This document shows positions 38,240 to 50,324 of a DNA stretch of 63,743 nucleotides, one piece after another. The notes under the pieces are model-generated. The model saw only the letters and a program-made list of their open reading frames with translations, was not told the DNA's origin and searched no databases. The position numbers and the translations under genes are program-made. The stretch comes from Octopus bimaculoides (Eukaryota): NCBI RefSeq assembly GCF_001194135.2, contig NC_069004.1:29768445-29832187 (forward strand). Direction: 5' to 3'. Each line of letters opens with the position of its first letter. Position 1 is the stretch's first letter.

Positions 38240-38810
38240 TTGTAAACTTTTCAGTCATGCTTATTTGTCCGTGGACAAGATATCTCAAGAACCATTGAAT
38301 GGATTCGGATGAAACTTTCAGGAATGTTTGGCTTCGTGACTGGCACAAACTGATTAGATTTTGGGATTGATCTGGTACCGGACAAGGCTTCTGGATTATT
38401 TGTTATATTTACTTTACTTTACATGATTACGATCTTACGTTAACTTTCAAGTCTTTCTCAATTATTTCCCTTTAGGCTGTAACTATTTTTGAATGATGAA
38501 TTTGTTAACTTTGGCAGGTTTTAGATAAGGATAAACTATTTATTACTGTTACTAAATTTTCTACAGCCACCTTCATATTCCATGGCTACCATTGGGATCG
38601 ATCAGGTACCAGACAAGGATTCTGGATTATTTTTCTGGTTTTTTTACTCAATTTTTGAGAGCAATCTGGTTCATTTTTAGTATTCTCGTTTGTGAGAACA
38701 GTCGAGTTTATTTCAGATATTCTCGTTTTAAAAATCCTCTCCAGCTAATCATTGAGAGGACGTTGGTGTTGCCTTGGTGGAGGTTCGCGCTCTCTGAGTG
38801 CTCTTGTTGA
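38240..38810 (+). mobile_element. Probable Helentron-associated non-autonomous element
   Basis: gatatctcaagaacc...gatgaaactttcagga...ttagattttgggattgatc, an internal repeat at 38363/38594, and 3' end gccttggtggaggttcgcgctctctgagtgctcttgtt. Family assignment is from memory. Confidence 0.55.
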
Positions 38811-38854
38811 TATATTTATTTTTATTTGCTTTTTAATCCCTCTACTTTTTGCAG

Positions 38855-39153
38855 AAACGGAAGACAAAGAAGAACAAGATTATGATGATGATGAAGAAGA
38901 AGTGGAAATTGAAGAAGTAGAAGAAGAAGTAGAAGAAGAGACAGACAAAGAACATGACAAAGAAGTAGGAGTAGAAGAGATGGAGAAGGAGAACAAAAGA
39001 GTTGATGTCGACCATCGGTTAAGTAAAGAAGTTGGGGACAGAGTCCACCAATCACTCTCAGCTCTAAACAGTGCCCTAAACTCAACTAGTCAAACAAATC
39101 TTCAGCATGTGATTGATGCGATAGGCATTGAGCCTAAACCGAATGACAGTGTG
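38855..39153 (+). CDS. CEP63: CEP63-like exon 11 (Glu/Asp-rich)
   Basis: TEDKEEQDYDDDEEEVEIEEVEEE...PKPNDSV; acceptor tttttgcag, donor GTAAGT. Confidence 0.85.
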
Positions 39154-40399
39154 GTAAGTCATCACTCATGAATTCTAACCTTTTTCTGTTTTTCTTAAAT
39201 AAAATTTTGGCTTGATGCCAGTGTCGCCTGACTGGCTCCTGTGCCGGTGGCACATAAAAAGCAAGCTTTGAACATGGCTGATGCCAGTGCCACCTGACTG
39301 GCCCCCATGTTGGTGGCACGTAAAAAACACCCACTACACTCTTGGAGTGGTTGACATTAGGAAGGGCATCCAGCTGTAGAAACCTTACCAAATCAGACGA
39401 GCCTGGTACAACCTCCCAGCATGGAAAGCGGACACCAAACAATGATGATGATGATGATGTTTCTTAGAATTAATTTTATTCTCTCCGCTGACTCAACCAA
39501 TAAAATCATATATCGAGAGATAAATAGATAGATAGGGGCAGGCATGGCTATGTGGTAAGAAGTTTGCTTCCCAACATCATGGTTGTGTGTTCAGTCCCAC
39601 TGCGTGGCACCTTGAACATGTGTCTTCTATTATAGCCTTGAGCTAACCAAAGCCTTGTGAATGGATTTGGTAGACGGAAATTGAATATGTATATATCTAT
39701 GTGTGTGACTTTGTGTCCGTGTTTGATCCCACATCATCACTTGACAACCGGTGTTGGTGTGTTTACGTCCTCGTAATACTAGGCTTACAATGAATAAGTC
39801 CCGAGGTCAGAAAAACACTTTAAGGCAGTGCTCCACCATGGCCACAGTCAAATGACTGAAACAAAGGAATATATATGTATGTATGTATGTATATATATAT
39901 TTGTGTGTGTATACACACACATATATATATGTATGTATATAATTTAGGATAAAATCATATTAATGATTATGTCAAGTGGCCAGCATGAAATAAATCTTTG
40001 TAGGTAATTTATATACTAAATTGGTAATTATATATATATAATTATATAAAAGAGATGAGGAAAGAACCTTTTCCAACATGCTGAAAGTAGACAGTGCTTT
40101 TGGCATCTACTTTCAGCATGTTGGAAAAGGTTCCTTCCTGATCCCTTTTATATAATTATATATATATAATATAAATATATGTTTATCTAATATATCTTTC
40201 TCAACACACCAACTCTCATTTCTAACTGTCTTTTTCTTACACACATAGACACCTCCCTCCTTCTGTATCTCACACATCTATCCTCTTGTGTCATGTTACC
40301 TCTCTCTCTCTCTCACTCACTCACTCACTATCTATCTATCTCTCTCCTGTTCCTCTTCTTTCTGTCTCTCTCTCATACAAATTCACTTTCTATACCATT

Positions 40400-40445
<46 letters not shown>

Positions 40446-40707
40446 AACACTTACAAACATACATTGATATAAACACAATATCTCTCTCTCTCTCATACAA
40501 ACACTTTCTCATCTCTCCTCCACTCTCTCTCGCCCTTTCACTCTCTCCTTCCTTCTCAGACACCCACATACACACATACAAACATACATTCACATAAACA
40601 CAGTATGTCTCCCCCTTCACCCCCTCTCTCCCTCTGTCCACCTCCCTCATACAAACACTCTTTCTCTCCCCCCATCTAATTCTTCCAAAACCTTTCTTCT
40701 ATTTCAG

Positions 40708-40854
40708 TTCTGTGTATCACAGAGCCAGATAAAGGACTTCCTACACAAAGAGCAAATATATCGCAAAGACTGGGAAGACAATTTCTCCAAAGAACTCCAC
40801 CGAATTTGGCACAACACCGAAGGAGTCATACAACGATACATCAATAGCCTGTAA
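40708..40854 (+). CDS. CEP63: CEP63-like exon 12 (stop)
   Basis: FCVSQSQIKDFLHKEQIYRKDWEDNFSKELHRIWHNTEGVIQRYINSL*. Confidence 0.82.
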   Translation, partial: FCVSQSQIKDFLHKEQIYRKDWEDNFSKELHRIWHNTEGVIQRYINSL

Positions 40855-43800
40855 ATAATAACCATGCCAATACCGACTGCGCTGTNNNNNNNNNNNNNNN
40901 NNNNNNNNNNNNNNNNNNNNNNNNNNNNNNNNNNNNNNNNNNNNNNNNNNNNNNNNNNNNNNNNNNNNNNNNNNNNNNNNNNNNNNNNNNNNNNNNNNNN
41001 NNNNNNNNNNNNNNNNNNNNNNNNNNNNNNNNNNNNNNNNNNNNNNNNNNNNNNNNNNNNNNNNNNNNNNNNNNNNNNNNNNNNNNNNNNNNNNNNNNNN
41101 NNNNNNNNNNNNNNNNNNNNNNNNNNNNNNNNNNNNNNNNNNNNNNNNNNNNNNNNNNNNNNNNNNNNNNNNNNNNNNNNNNNNNNNNNNNNNNNNNNNN
41201 NNNNNNNNNNNNNNNNNNNNNNNNNNNNNNNNNNNNNNNNNNNNNNNNNNNNNNNNNNNNNNNNNNNNNNNNNNNNNNNNNNNNNNNNNNNNNNNNNNNN
41301 NNNNNNNNNNNNNNNNNNNNNNNNNNNNNNNNNNNNNNNNNNNNNNNNNNNNNNNNNNNNNNNNNNNNNNNNNNNNNNNNNNNNNNNNNNNNNNNNNNNT
41401 ATATATATATATACACACACTTACACACACACCAATCAATCAAGCATGGACAACAGGTAAAGCACCCAGAGCAAGATTCAAAAAGTAAGGAGACCAAACT
41501 CTTTCGTCAGTTGTTGACTGAAGGTCAAGGTAATTACAAGATCACCTTGACCTTTAGTGAACCACTGGTCAACTTTGTATCACTTCCTGTCATGTGTTTT
41601 ATCTGCTGTCCTCTGTGGCTTAATTTTGCTTTTTTTATCTTGACCATCATGCCAACCAAACATTTTGTCCACTCCAAATGGCTTACGACTAGCTGCTGAC
41701 AAACTGTCCAACCCATGACAGCATGGAAGACAAACGTTAAATATTATGTGTGTGTGTATATATATATATATATATACATGCACACACAATATATATATAA
41801 ATATATATATAAGTTTAAAACTTACTTGCAAGGATGATATATATATATATAAACACACACATATATATGTGTGTGTGTGGATATATATATATATGTGTGT
41901 GTATATATATGTATATAATGCTTACGTGTGTATATATATTGACTTGGATGCTTTGTGCCTTTTCTTTCATGCCAGAATATATATTTTTGCTAATATAAGT
42001 ATATCTGTATTGTACATAATATATGAGTTGATGTCATTTATATAAAAGCATAAAGGGACCCCCTTCGGTCATGAATGATGCTGGGATTGCACCTAGAATG
42101 TTCCCCTCCGATGCACAAGTCCAGGCAAGGCTGTTTTATGGAAGACCAAAAGTTACACGTGCATACCACCCTCGTTCCTCCATGCCACCAATGTTGTCCA
42201 AGGGAAAGGCAACTGACTCACATATGGAGAAAAATTAGATAAATTATACAAACCAATGCAACCCACCTTTAATTCTTCCACATTCAGATCAGTCTGTCGA
42301 ATGTAATGCTAATTTATTCAAAATCGTCTTGAATTAATCATGCATTACCTTGTAGCTTTTGAGATTTCAATGAAGTAATTGCTATTATTTTAGAATGACA
42401 CTGTAAGGTCGGTCTGAGAGAATGGATTTGGTCAGTTGGAACAGAAAGGCAGAATATTTGTGGCCGGTTTAAATGCTATACGGTTAGAAAAAAACTGGAT
42501 GATTAATTTCATCACAATTTTTAGTGTGGTTTGTGACCCTATCTTTTTGTTTAGTTGTCCTGCATATCTGGTCAGCTATGTGTTTTAAAAATAACCACAC
42601 CACAATTTGCCTGACTTTACAGATGCACATCTAATAAATTAATATTTTATAATGGTACGGTGAATATCCATTAATTGATGCTACTAGTGAAGGCTTGTGA
42701 ATAGGAGGGAACAGAAATTACTGGATGGTGGGTGGGGGAAGACCCAACCTATACAAATTCAGCTCTGCTCAAAGCTGGATTTTCTCACCTTTAAATTACA
42801 GTCAACCTGGAAGATTCTAGAATCTGTTTTGCAGGAAAACTCGCACACTTCCTCTGAAGTTGCTGTCTCAACCATAAATATATCAGCCAGTGCTGACTGG
42901 TCAAACCATTTTCAGGTAGGCATTGATACTGTTTATGAAGGTCTGTGAATAGGAATGAAAGATAAGAGAAAAGAGAAAAAAAATGATCCAATCTGTACAA
43001 ATATTGTTTTTTACTCTAGGCACAAGGCCTGAAATTTTTTGGGAGGGGGCCAGTTGATTAAATCAACCCCGAAAGGATGAAAGGCAAAGTCGACCTCGGC
43101 AGAATTTGAACTCAGAAGGTAAAGACAGACGAAATACCGCTAAGCATTTCGCCCGGCATGCTAACGTTTCTTATTTCTTTACTGCCCACAAGGAGCTACA
43201 CACAGAGGGGACAAACAAGGACAGACAAACGGATTAAGTCAATTACATCGACTCCAGTGCGTAACTGGTACTTATTTAATCGACCCCGAAAGGATGAAAG
43301 GCAAAGTCAACCTCGGTGGAATTTGAACTCAGAATGTAGCGGCAGACGAAATCCACTAAGCATTTCGCCCGGCGTACTAACGTTTCTGCCAGCTCACAGC
43401 CTTCCAATCTGTACAAATATTGAAATTGCTCTGCGAGTGGTACATAAAAAGCATCCTGCACTCTGTTTGGTGGTTGGCATCAGGAAGGGCATGCAGCTAT
43501 AGAAACCATGCCACAACAGACAATTGGAGAGTGGATAGCTCCCAGCTGACCAGCTCCATGTCAAACTGTCCAATTCATGCCATCATGGAGAACGGATGTT
43601 AAATGAGGATGATGATGATGATTAACACCTTTTATGGCAACTCTTTTCCTTTTATAGAAATAAATTTGGTCAGGATTCTAAAGTCAGAAAAATCTGAGAA
43701 GCATGGTTCAATTCTCAGGCAGCTTCTCACTACACATTTTACCCAGAAATGCACCACCCTACCACATCCCATAGTCTATATCAGGATATGGACAACACTG

Positions 43801-44784
43801 TTCAAGAAACAGACCACATGGGATGAGATGGCTTATCATCTGACAGGCAACACTACTAGAAAAATTGACGGTTATTTTTCACTAGGCACATCATTCGGAA
43901 AGTCCCATGGGCTGTTATTTGTCTTTGACTGGTCTATGTGTTAACAGGCTCATGGACCTTATTCTATCGGTCTCTTTTTGCCGGACTGCTAAGTTATGGA
44001 GATGTAAACACATTAGCATCGGTTGTCAAGCGATATTGGGGGACAAACACACACACATATATATATACATATACGACAGGCTTCTTTCAGTTTCCGTCTA
44101 CCAAATCCACTCACAAGGCTTTGGTTGGCCCGAGGCTGTAGTAGAAGACACTTACCCAAGGTGCCACTCATTGGGACTGAACCTGGAACCATGTGGTTGG
44201 TAAGTAAGCTAGTACAATAGGATTTTTTAAACATGGAATGGTTATAAGGGTCCATTCGAATAAAATAGGAATGAAGGAGATCCATAGGTAAAAATCTGGT
44301 TGACAATCACTGTGCTAAAACGTTGATTAGATTATTGTTGGTGCATTTACCCCGCTGGTGTAGTCAAGTTACTTCCAAGAGGATCACATATCTTGACCGA
44401 TCGCACGGTCACAAAATATTTTGCTTCGAATTTCCTTCGAAACGTTTGATGAATATCCCTGCTTTATCTTTGCGGACTTGATAGTCTAGTGGTAATTGAT
44501 TGATAAGAGAGTAAGCTATTTTCTATTGTAAGAGACGAGTTATTCCCCTTGGACGAGATAGCACCATGTAACTCTTATAAGGGAGCTCATATAAGATTGT
44601 GGCGGGGCCACACAAGCAAAATGGTAAATTGGAGCCCCACAGTTGTATATTAAAGGTCCATGAATGAACTATGCTTCATATGTATTTCTTGCAACAAACA
44701 GTTAGGTTTCTTTTCTTAACGTCTTTATAGTTCAATCGATAGAACTTAATGTGTGAAAAACAAAATCGAAATTTGAAAGAAGCA

Positions 44785-45000
44785 TACTCTTTTCTCTTTT
44801 ACTTGTTTCAGTCATTTGACTGCGGCCATGCTGGAGCACCGCCTTTAGTCGAGCAAATCGAACCCAGGACTTATTCTTTGTAAGCCTAGTACTTATTCTA
44901 TCGGTCTCTTTTGCCGAACCACTAAGTTACGGGAACATAAATACACCAGCATCGGTTGTCAAGCTATGTTGGGGGTACAAACACAGACATACAAACATAT

Positions 45001-45031
<31 letters not shown>

Positions 45032-45192
45032 CGACGGGCTTTCAGTTTCCGTCTACCAAATTCACTCACAAGGCTTTGGTCGGCCCGAGGCTATAGTAGA
45101 AGACACCTGCCCAAGGTGCTACGCGGTAGGACTGAACCAGGAATCATGTGGTTGGTAAGCAAGCTACTTACCACATAGCCACTCCTACGCCT
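44785..45192 (-). mobile_element. SINE family A, full-length
   Basis: Near-identical to 7988-8397; head end partly duplicated at about 45207-45224. Confidence 0.9.
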
Positions 45193-45839
45193 AGATACTT
45201 AGCAGACAGCCACTCCTACGCCTAAGCATGTGTATAACTAGTTTTTAAACATCGATTGCCTATAGGGGTCCACCAGGGTGAAACAGTAATCAAAGGGGGT
45301 CCATAAAAAAAAACTAAATGGTTAAGAACCACTGTCATAAAGCCACATCGCTGCTATCGGCTCTTTTTTCCTACCATAACATCCTTAATTCTACGATAAT
45401 GGTTTTCACCTTCTTTCGAAGGAGCTTGCTGCTTATCTAACTGAACGGAGTAAGTGACTGAAACACCGTAATTTGTAGATGGCGTTTGAGGAGTTCGTAG
45501 GGAGGTTTCCGATACCGTTACCCGTCTCTCTAACGTATTGAATCTTAAATGTTGCTCGCGATGGTGTCTGGCTGTTTCCGTCCTTCAGTTTTGCGATCGA
45601 TCATTTACGATCAAATATTGAGTCAGAGATGAATTGGATGATGTTGAAAGAAAGCTGTAAGGGTTTGTATTTTTATAGAATGGAATCATAGCATTGGATG
45701 CAGTTTTAGACGGAGGAATCTTCGATCAGAGTTGTGCTGAGGTGACCAAAGATGCACATTTTCGAGCAATTAGCTTCGTTTGTTTATTCTGTTGCCATTA
45801 TTGCTGCTGCTGCTGATGATGATTTCATAGGACTTACAA

Positions 45840-46110
45840 GCATCTCAGGACACCAGTGGTCTGTTCTTGCCAGTGACCGTGAAGCCTGGCATCTCACCGT
45901 CCTCAGGACAACAGCCTCCTTTGAAGATACCAACAGGACCATCTTTGCACACAAAAGAAAAAGTAGTAAAATCAAGGACACTCCGACCAACCCTGATCAG
46001 CCTATTTCCCCCATGTACCCTCTGCCGTCTGACTCGTCGGGCATAGAAAACCTTAAACAGAGGTGGACATCTCTCACCGTTAATCTTCGCTCGCGAAGCC
46101 AAGCAAAGAT
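45840..46110 (+). mobile_element. RTE-clade LINE 3' end relic
   Basis: WSVLASDREAWHLTVLRTTASFEDTNR...KRK, then a frameshifted CTLC knuckle and an RTE-like tail. Confidence 0.7.
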
Positions 46111-46248
46111 ACTATCATCTCAGACGAAAATCCTCGTCGTCGCAACAACAATACACGCAGACCTGGTTGAGCTAAAAACCACCCAAAATCTTTGAAGTTT
46201 CAAATGACACCATCAAGAAAACGAAAGCGAGCCGATAAATGGTAATAA

Positions 46249-46264
46249 CTGACGCATGCGCAGT
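46249..46264. promoter_or_regulatory. NRF1-like palindrome, copy 1
   Basis: CTGACGCATGCGCAGT. Confidence 0.4.
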
Positions 46265-46771
46265 GTTCTACAGTTATGAAATACGTAACTTATAAAAATG
46301 AAATGTCGTGAACGAAGAATTTGAGCAATGATGAAGCAAATATCGTTAGATCTAAACTTGTAACTGTGTGGTAAAGAATCTGCTCCCCAACTACACGGTT
46401 CTGGGTTCAGTTCCTCTGTGTAACACCTTGAGCAGGTGTCTTCTACTAAGCCTCGGGATGTAAACAAATCAACTGGTGTTGGTTTATTTAGGTTCCTCGT
46501 AACTTAGCAGTTCGGCAAAAGTGACCGATTTTGAGTAAGTACCAGATTTCCAAAGTAAATTTAAAAAAAAAGAAAGTCCTGGGGTCGATTTGTTCGATTA
46601 AAATCTTTCAAAGTGGTGCCCCAGCATGGCCACAGTCCGATGATTGATACAAAAGATAAACGATGGAACATAGACACGGACGAGAGCGTCTTAACTGAAA
46701 CTTTCACCAAACGTTGGTTTCTAATGACGCTTTGATCGCAGCAACGAAAGTGAGCGGATATCCGGTAGTCG

Positions 46772-46787
46772 CTGACGCATGCGCAGT
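46772..46787. promoter_or_regulatory. NRF1-like palindrome, copy 2, about 450 bp upstream of the first CEP295 exon found
   Basis: CTGACGCATGCGCAGT, identical to copy 1. Confidence 0.5.
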
Positions 46788-47227
46788 ACTCTATAGTTAC
46801 GAAATTCAAACTTTTTTAAAATGTCGTAAAACGATAAACACTTTATTTACAATGAAGGAACAAATATTGTTCGGTCTTTAACAGGACATATTTTAACCAA
46901 CGAATTTAGGACTGGACTAGGACGTCTTAACTAAGACATCGGGTCCGGATAATATGTCGGTGTCTTTAATTGCTTTGTCAGGCACAAGACTAGATTTTAT
47001 CTTAACAACATCATGTCTGGACCAGTCTGTTTAGGTCACCAAGCCATTTGTTGATGTCTCTAAGTAAAATTAACACGTTATTATTTAGTTGTAAAGGACA
47101 CATTATTAAACCTATATTTTCCTGCTGTTGTGGTCTTAACTCAAACGGCTTTTGTTTGAATTATGAAAAGAAAGTTTTGGAAAATTAAAAAGAAGCACAA
47201 AGTTTGTTATTTTCTGGGTTTTTACAG

Positions 47228-47274
47228 ACCAAATGTTCGTTCTTGTCTAAAGTTAATGAAATAACCAGAAACAA
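47228..47274 (+). other. CEP295: Probable CEP295 5'UTR exon ending in the A of a split ATG
   Basis: Acceptor tattttctgggtttttacag and donor GTAAGT at 47275; last base A plus TG at 49728 gives ATG. Confidence 0.6.
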
Positions 47275-48895
47275 GTAAGTACAGACATTTGTCTTCGATA
47301 TTTATTTTACTATTTACGTATTATTTTCGTGTGTGGACATTGTAGCTTGGGCGGTCGAACAGTTGTTTCATTCTTCTAATTTATAATTATTGTAATTGTT
47401 GCTGTTGTTGTTATATGCTGGACAAAATACTTAACAGTATTTTCGTCTGTCTTTATGTTCTGAGTTCGAATATTGCCGAGGTCGATTTTGCCTTCTGGGG
47501 GTCGATAAAATAAATATCATTTTTAACACTGGGATCGATGTAATCGACTTAATTCCATCCCTAAAATTGCTGACCTTGTGCTAAAATTTGAAACCATTAT
47601 TATTGTTGTTGTTATGAATGTTTGGCTCCGTATAGGTGTTCAAATCCCGCCGAGGTCAGTTTTTTGTATTTCGTCCTTTCAGGGTCGATAAAATAAAGTA
47701 TCGGGGATCGATTTAATCAGCCAACGGATTCCTGGTTCTTTGATACAAACTTTCTTGTCTTAAAGGGATCTAAATTAGAAAACTTTCCATCAAAGTTTCA
47801 TATTAATTAATGTCCCCAACACCAGTTTAATTAATTATGATAAAGTTATTTTACTATATTCTTCATTATTTTCTAAATTAACAGAAATATGGTAACAAAA
47901 GAGTTAAATTTTCTATCGATAATGCTTGCAATATGGCCGGACGTCGGACTTAAGAAGCACCAACAAGTTGGAATTTCTCCGTTTTGATGGGTGCCCCTGG
48001 AAATGCCCTGGACTATCTCCCATGTCCCTAAAACATCATTTTGCTTAGTGCCTACAAAATCGACCTAAATCGTTCGTGAGAGGGGAAGATGGGTGCGGGA
48101 GTAAAAAAAACATTTTTCGCTTTTTTTTTTTTTTTTTTTTTTTTTTNNNNNNNNNNNNNNNNNNNNNNNNNNNNNNNNNNNNNNNNNNNNNNNNNNNNNN
48201 NNNNNNNNNNNNNNNNNNNNNNNNNNNNNNNNNNNNNNNNNNNNNNNNNNNNNNNNNNNNNNNNNNNNNNNNNNNNNNNNNNNNNNNNNNNNNNNNNNNN
48301 NNNNNNNNNNNNNNNNNNNNNNNNNNNNNNNNNNNNNNNNNNNNNNNNNNNNNNNNNNNNNNNNNNNNNNNNNNNNNNNNNNNNNNNNNNNNNNNNNNNN
48401 NNNNNNNNNNNNNNNNNNNNNNNNNNNNNNNNNNNNNNNNNNNNNNNNNNNNNNNNNNNNNNNNNNNNNNNNNNNNNNNNNNNNNNNNNNNNNNNNNNNN
48501 NNNNNNNNNNNNNNNNNNNNNNNNNNNNNNNNNNNNNNNNNNNNNNNNNNNNNNNNNNNNNNNNNNNNNNNNNNNNNNNNNNNNNNNNNNNNNNNNNNNN
48601 NNNNNNNNNNNNNNNNNNNNNNNNNNNNNNNNNNNNNNNNNNNNNNNNNNNNNNNNNNNNNNNNNNNNNNNNNNNNNNNNNNNNNNNNNNNNNNNNNNNN
48701 NNNNNNNNNNNNNNNNNNNNNNNNNNNNNNNNNNNNNNNNNNNNNNNNNNNNNNNNNNNNNNNNNNNNNNNNNNNNNNNNNNNNNNNNNNNNNNNNNNNN
48801 NNNNNNNNNNNNNNNNNNNNNNNNNNNNNNNNNNNNNNNNNNNNNNNNNNNNNNNNNNNNNNNNNNNNNNNNNNNNNNNNNNNNNNNNNNNNNNT

Positions 48896-49020
48896 CTCCC
48901 CCTCGCAAAGATAAGGACACAGGAAATGTGTCAAGGCCAACAGGAAGCGGTCCAGCTTCCTAGGGCTAAATAGCAATAGTATATTCCCTTATTGGGACTG
49001 TCACCTTAAGTTGGCAGTAT
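48896..49020 (+). mobile_element. Second copy of the 22.7 kb repeat; expected ribozyme position falls in the N gap
   Basis: ctcccc...ataaggacacaggaaa(t/c)gtgtcaaggcc(a/g)acaggaagcggt(c/g)cagcttcctagg matches the reverse complement of 22700-22830. Confidence 0.7.
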
Positions 49021-49026
49021 ACAACT

Positions 49027-49061
<35 letters not shown>

Positions 49062-49727
49062 GGGGTTCAGTCATTTGACTGAGCATCGCCTTTAGTTGAA
49101 CAAAGAGAAGTTGTCGACCACCAGGTATTAAGATCTGAAAAGATGCTGTAAAGCTATGTGGTTTATGGACATGAAACCCTAGGTAACAACCCCAGTCATA
49201 ACTATCTTTATCTAAATATATATGTATATATAAAACGTAAAGGAATAGGGATTTGGAATCTGGACAGGTACTTTATTAGCATTCTGATACAATCCAGATC
49301 TGACTAACCACATCAAATGGTGGGGGTACATATAAAATTGCCAACGCTGATCGTGTAGAGATAAGCTTAATGAATGCTATAATAGTACTGCTAATACAAC
49401 AGACCAGTACTGATTAGTGTCTAGAATACAAAACAATTATAACAAAATCTGTTCTGGCTGGAATTTCTATAGAAAACTGGAGAGATTACCTTAACAAATG
49501 ATGTAGTGGCACTGCTAACACAATAGATCATGATATTCACTTAGAAAGGCGTTTAATATACTTTGTAGTATATTATGATTGCATAACGAAATACCATGTC
49601 CCTACGCGTCATTTAGATATTCTAATGTGAATATACTATGCCTGAAAACAAAGAAAAATAGTTTGGAGGGTCATGGGTAGAATGCCTTAATGATGACAGC
49701 TAAAGTTATATAATTTTATGTTTCCAG

Positions 49728-49825
49728 TGATTAAATTGGACATTTCTTATCAACTGACTGCAGATGAGACGGAAAAAATTACCAGAGAAGAACGAGAGAG
49801 ACGAAGAAAGATTCGATTCCAGCAG
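49728..49825 (+). CDS. CEP295: CEP295 first main coding exon
   Basis: (M)IKLDISYQLTADETEKITREERERRRKIRFQQ, donor GTAAGG. Confidence 0.9.
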
Positions 49826-49922
49826 GTAAGGAAAACATTCATTGTGTGGAAAATTACTATTTGTAAATCTCAGAACGTTAGATATTCAACAACAGTACTT
49901 TGGAGTAAAGATTGTTTGCCAA

Positions 49923-50123
49923 CATAACATGGTAGTCCTGGTTTAGGACGAATATTGCTGTCACCCTGTCTTCACAGATAATTTTTTGAGCTGAGTGGGG
50001 GTGCTAGATTCCCTTGTTCGAAAATATAAGGACATAAATCGTGTCGTATAGCCAGCTGGAGATGATGTCTCCTGGGGCTAAATTACAGCAACATTCATCC
50101 TAAACCAGGACTACCATGTTATG
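49923..50123. mobile_element. MITE with about 39-bp terminal inverted repeats
   Basis: CATAACATGGTAGTCCTGGTTTAGGA(C/T)GAAT(A/G)TTGCTGT at 49923 and inverted at 50085-50123. Confidence 0.8.
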
Positions 50124-50324
50124 ATGGCAAATAATCTTTGCTCCATTCATTGTATGGTGAAGAAGTTTGTTTTGCGGCCATGTAGTATGGGGTTTGTTCT
50201 CACTGAACTCAGGTACTGAGTTTTCGGGCTATATTTGACAGGTTGCATAAAAAGGGAAAACACAAATCCTCCAAAAATAAAAGTATTTTAAAAGCTCAAA
50301 AAATATCAACTGGATTATGGCTGA

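Larger units (their letters stand above)
26469..40854 (+). other. CEP63: CEP63/DEUP1-family centrosomal coiled-coil gene span, 12 coding exons, about 535 aa
   Basis: All 12 exons join in frame (1608 nt). N-terminal SCEQELQELVQHIDILV matches recalled CEP63 SCEAELQELMKQIDIMV; C-terminus resembles the CEP63 terminal helix. Exons could be hidden in the N gaps at 27.1, 27.8 and 29.2 kb. Confidence 0.85.

Noticed and set aside
41518-41556. Short inverted repeat TGAAGGTCAAGGT...ACCTTGACCTTTA downstream of CEP63
   Set aside because: Only 13 bp and next to a gap; too little to assign a function.
45752-46195. 147-aa ORF as a host gene
   Set aside because: Its middle is the RTE LINE C-terminus and the rest has no coding features.
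47163-47264. ORF MKRKFWKIKKKHK..., resembling the human CEP295 start MKRK
   Set aside because: It stops at 47264, and its only early donor is weak and phase 0, incompatible with the phase-1 acceptor at 49728.
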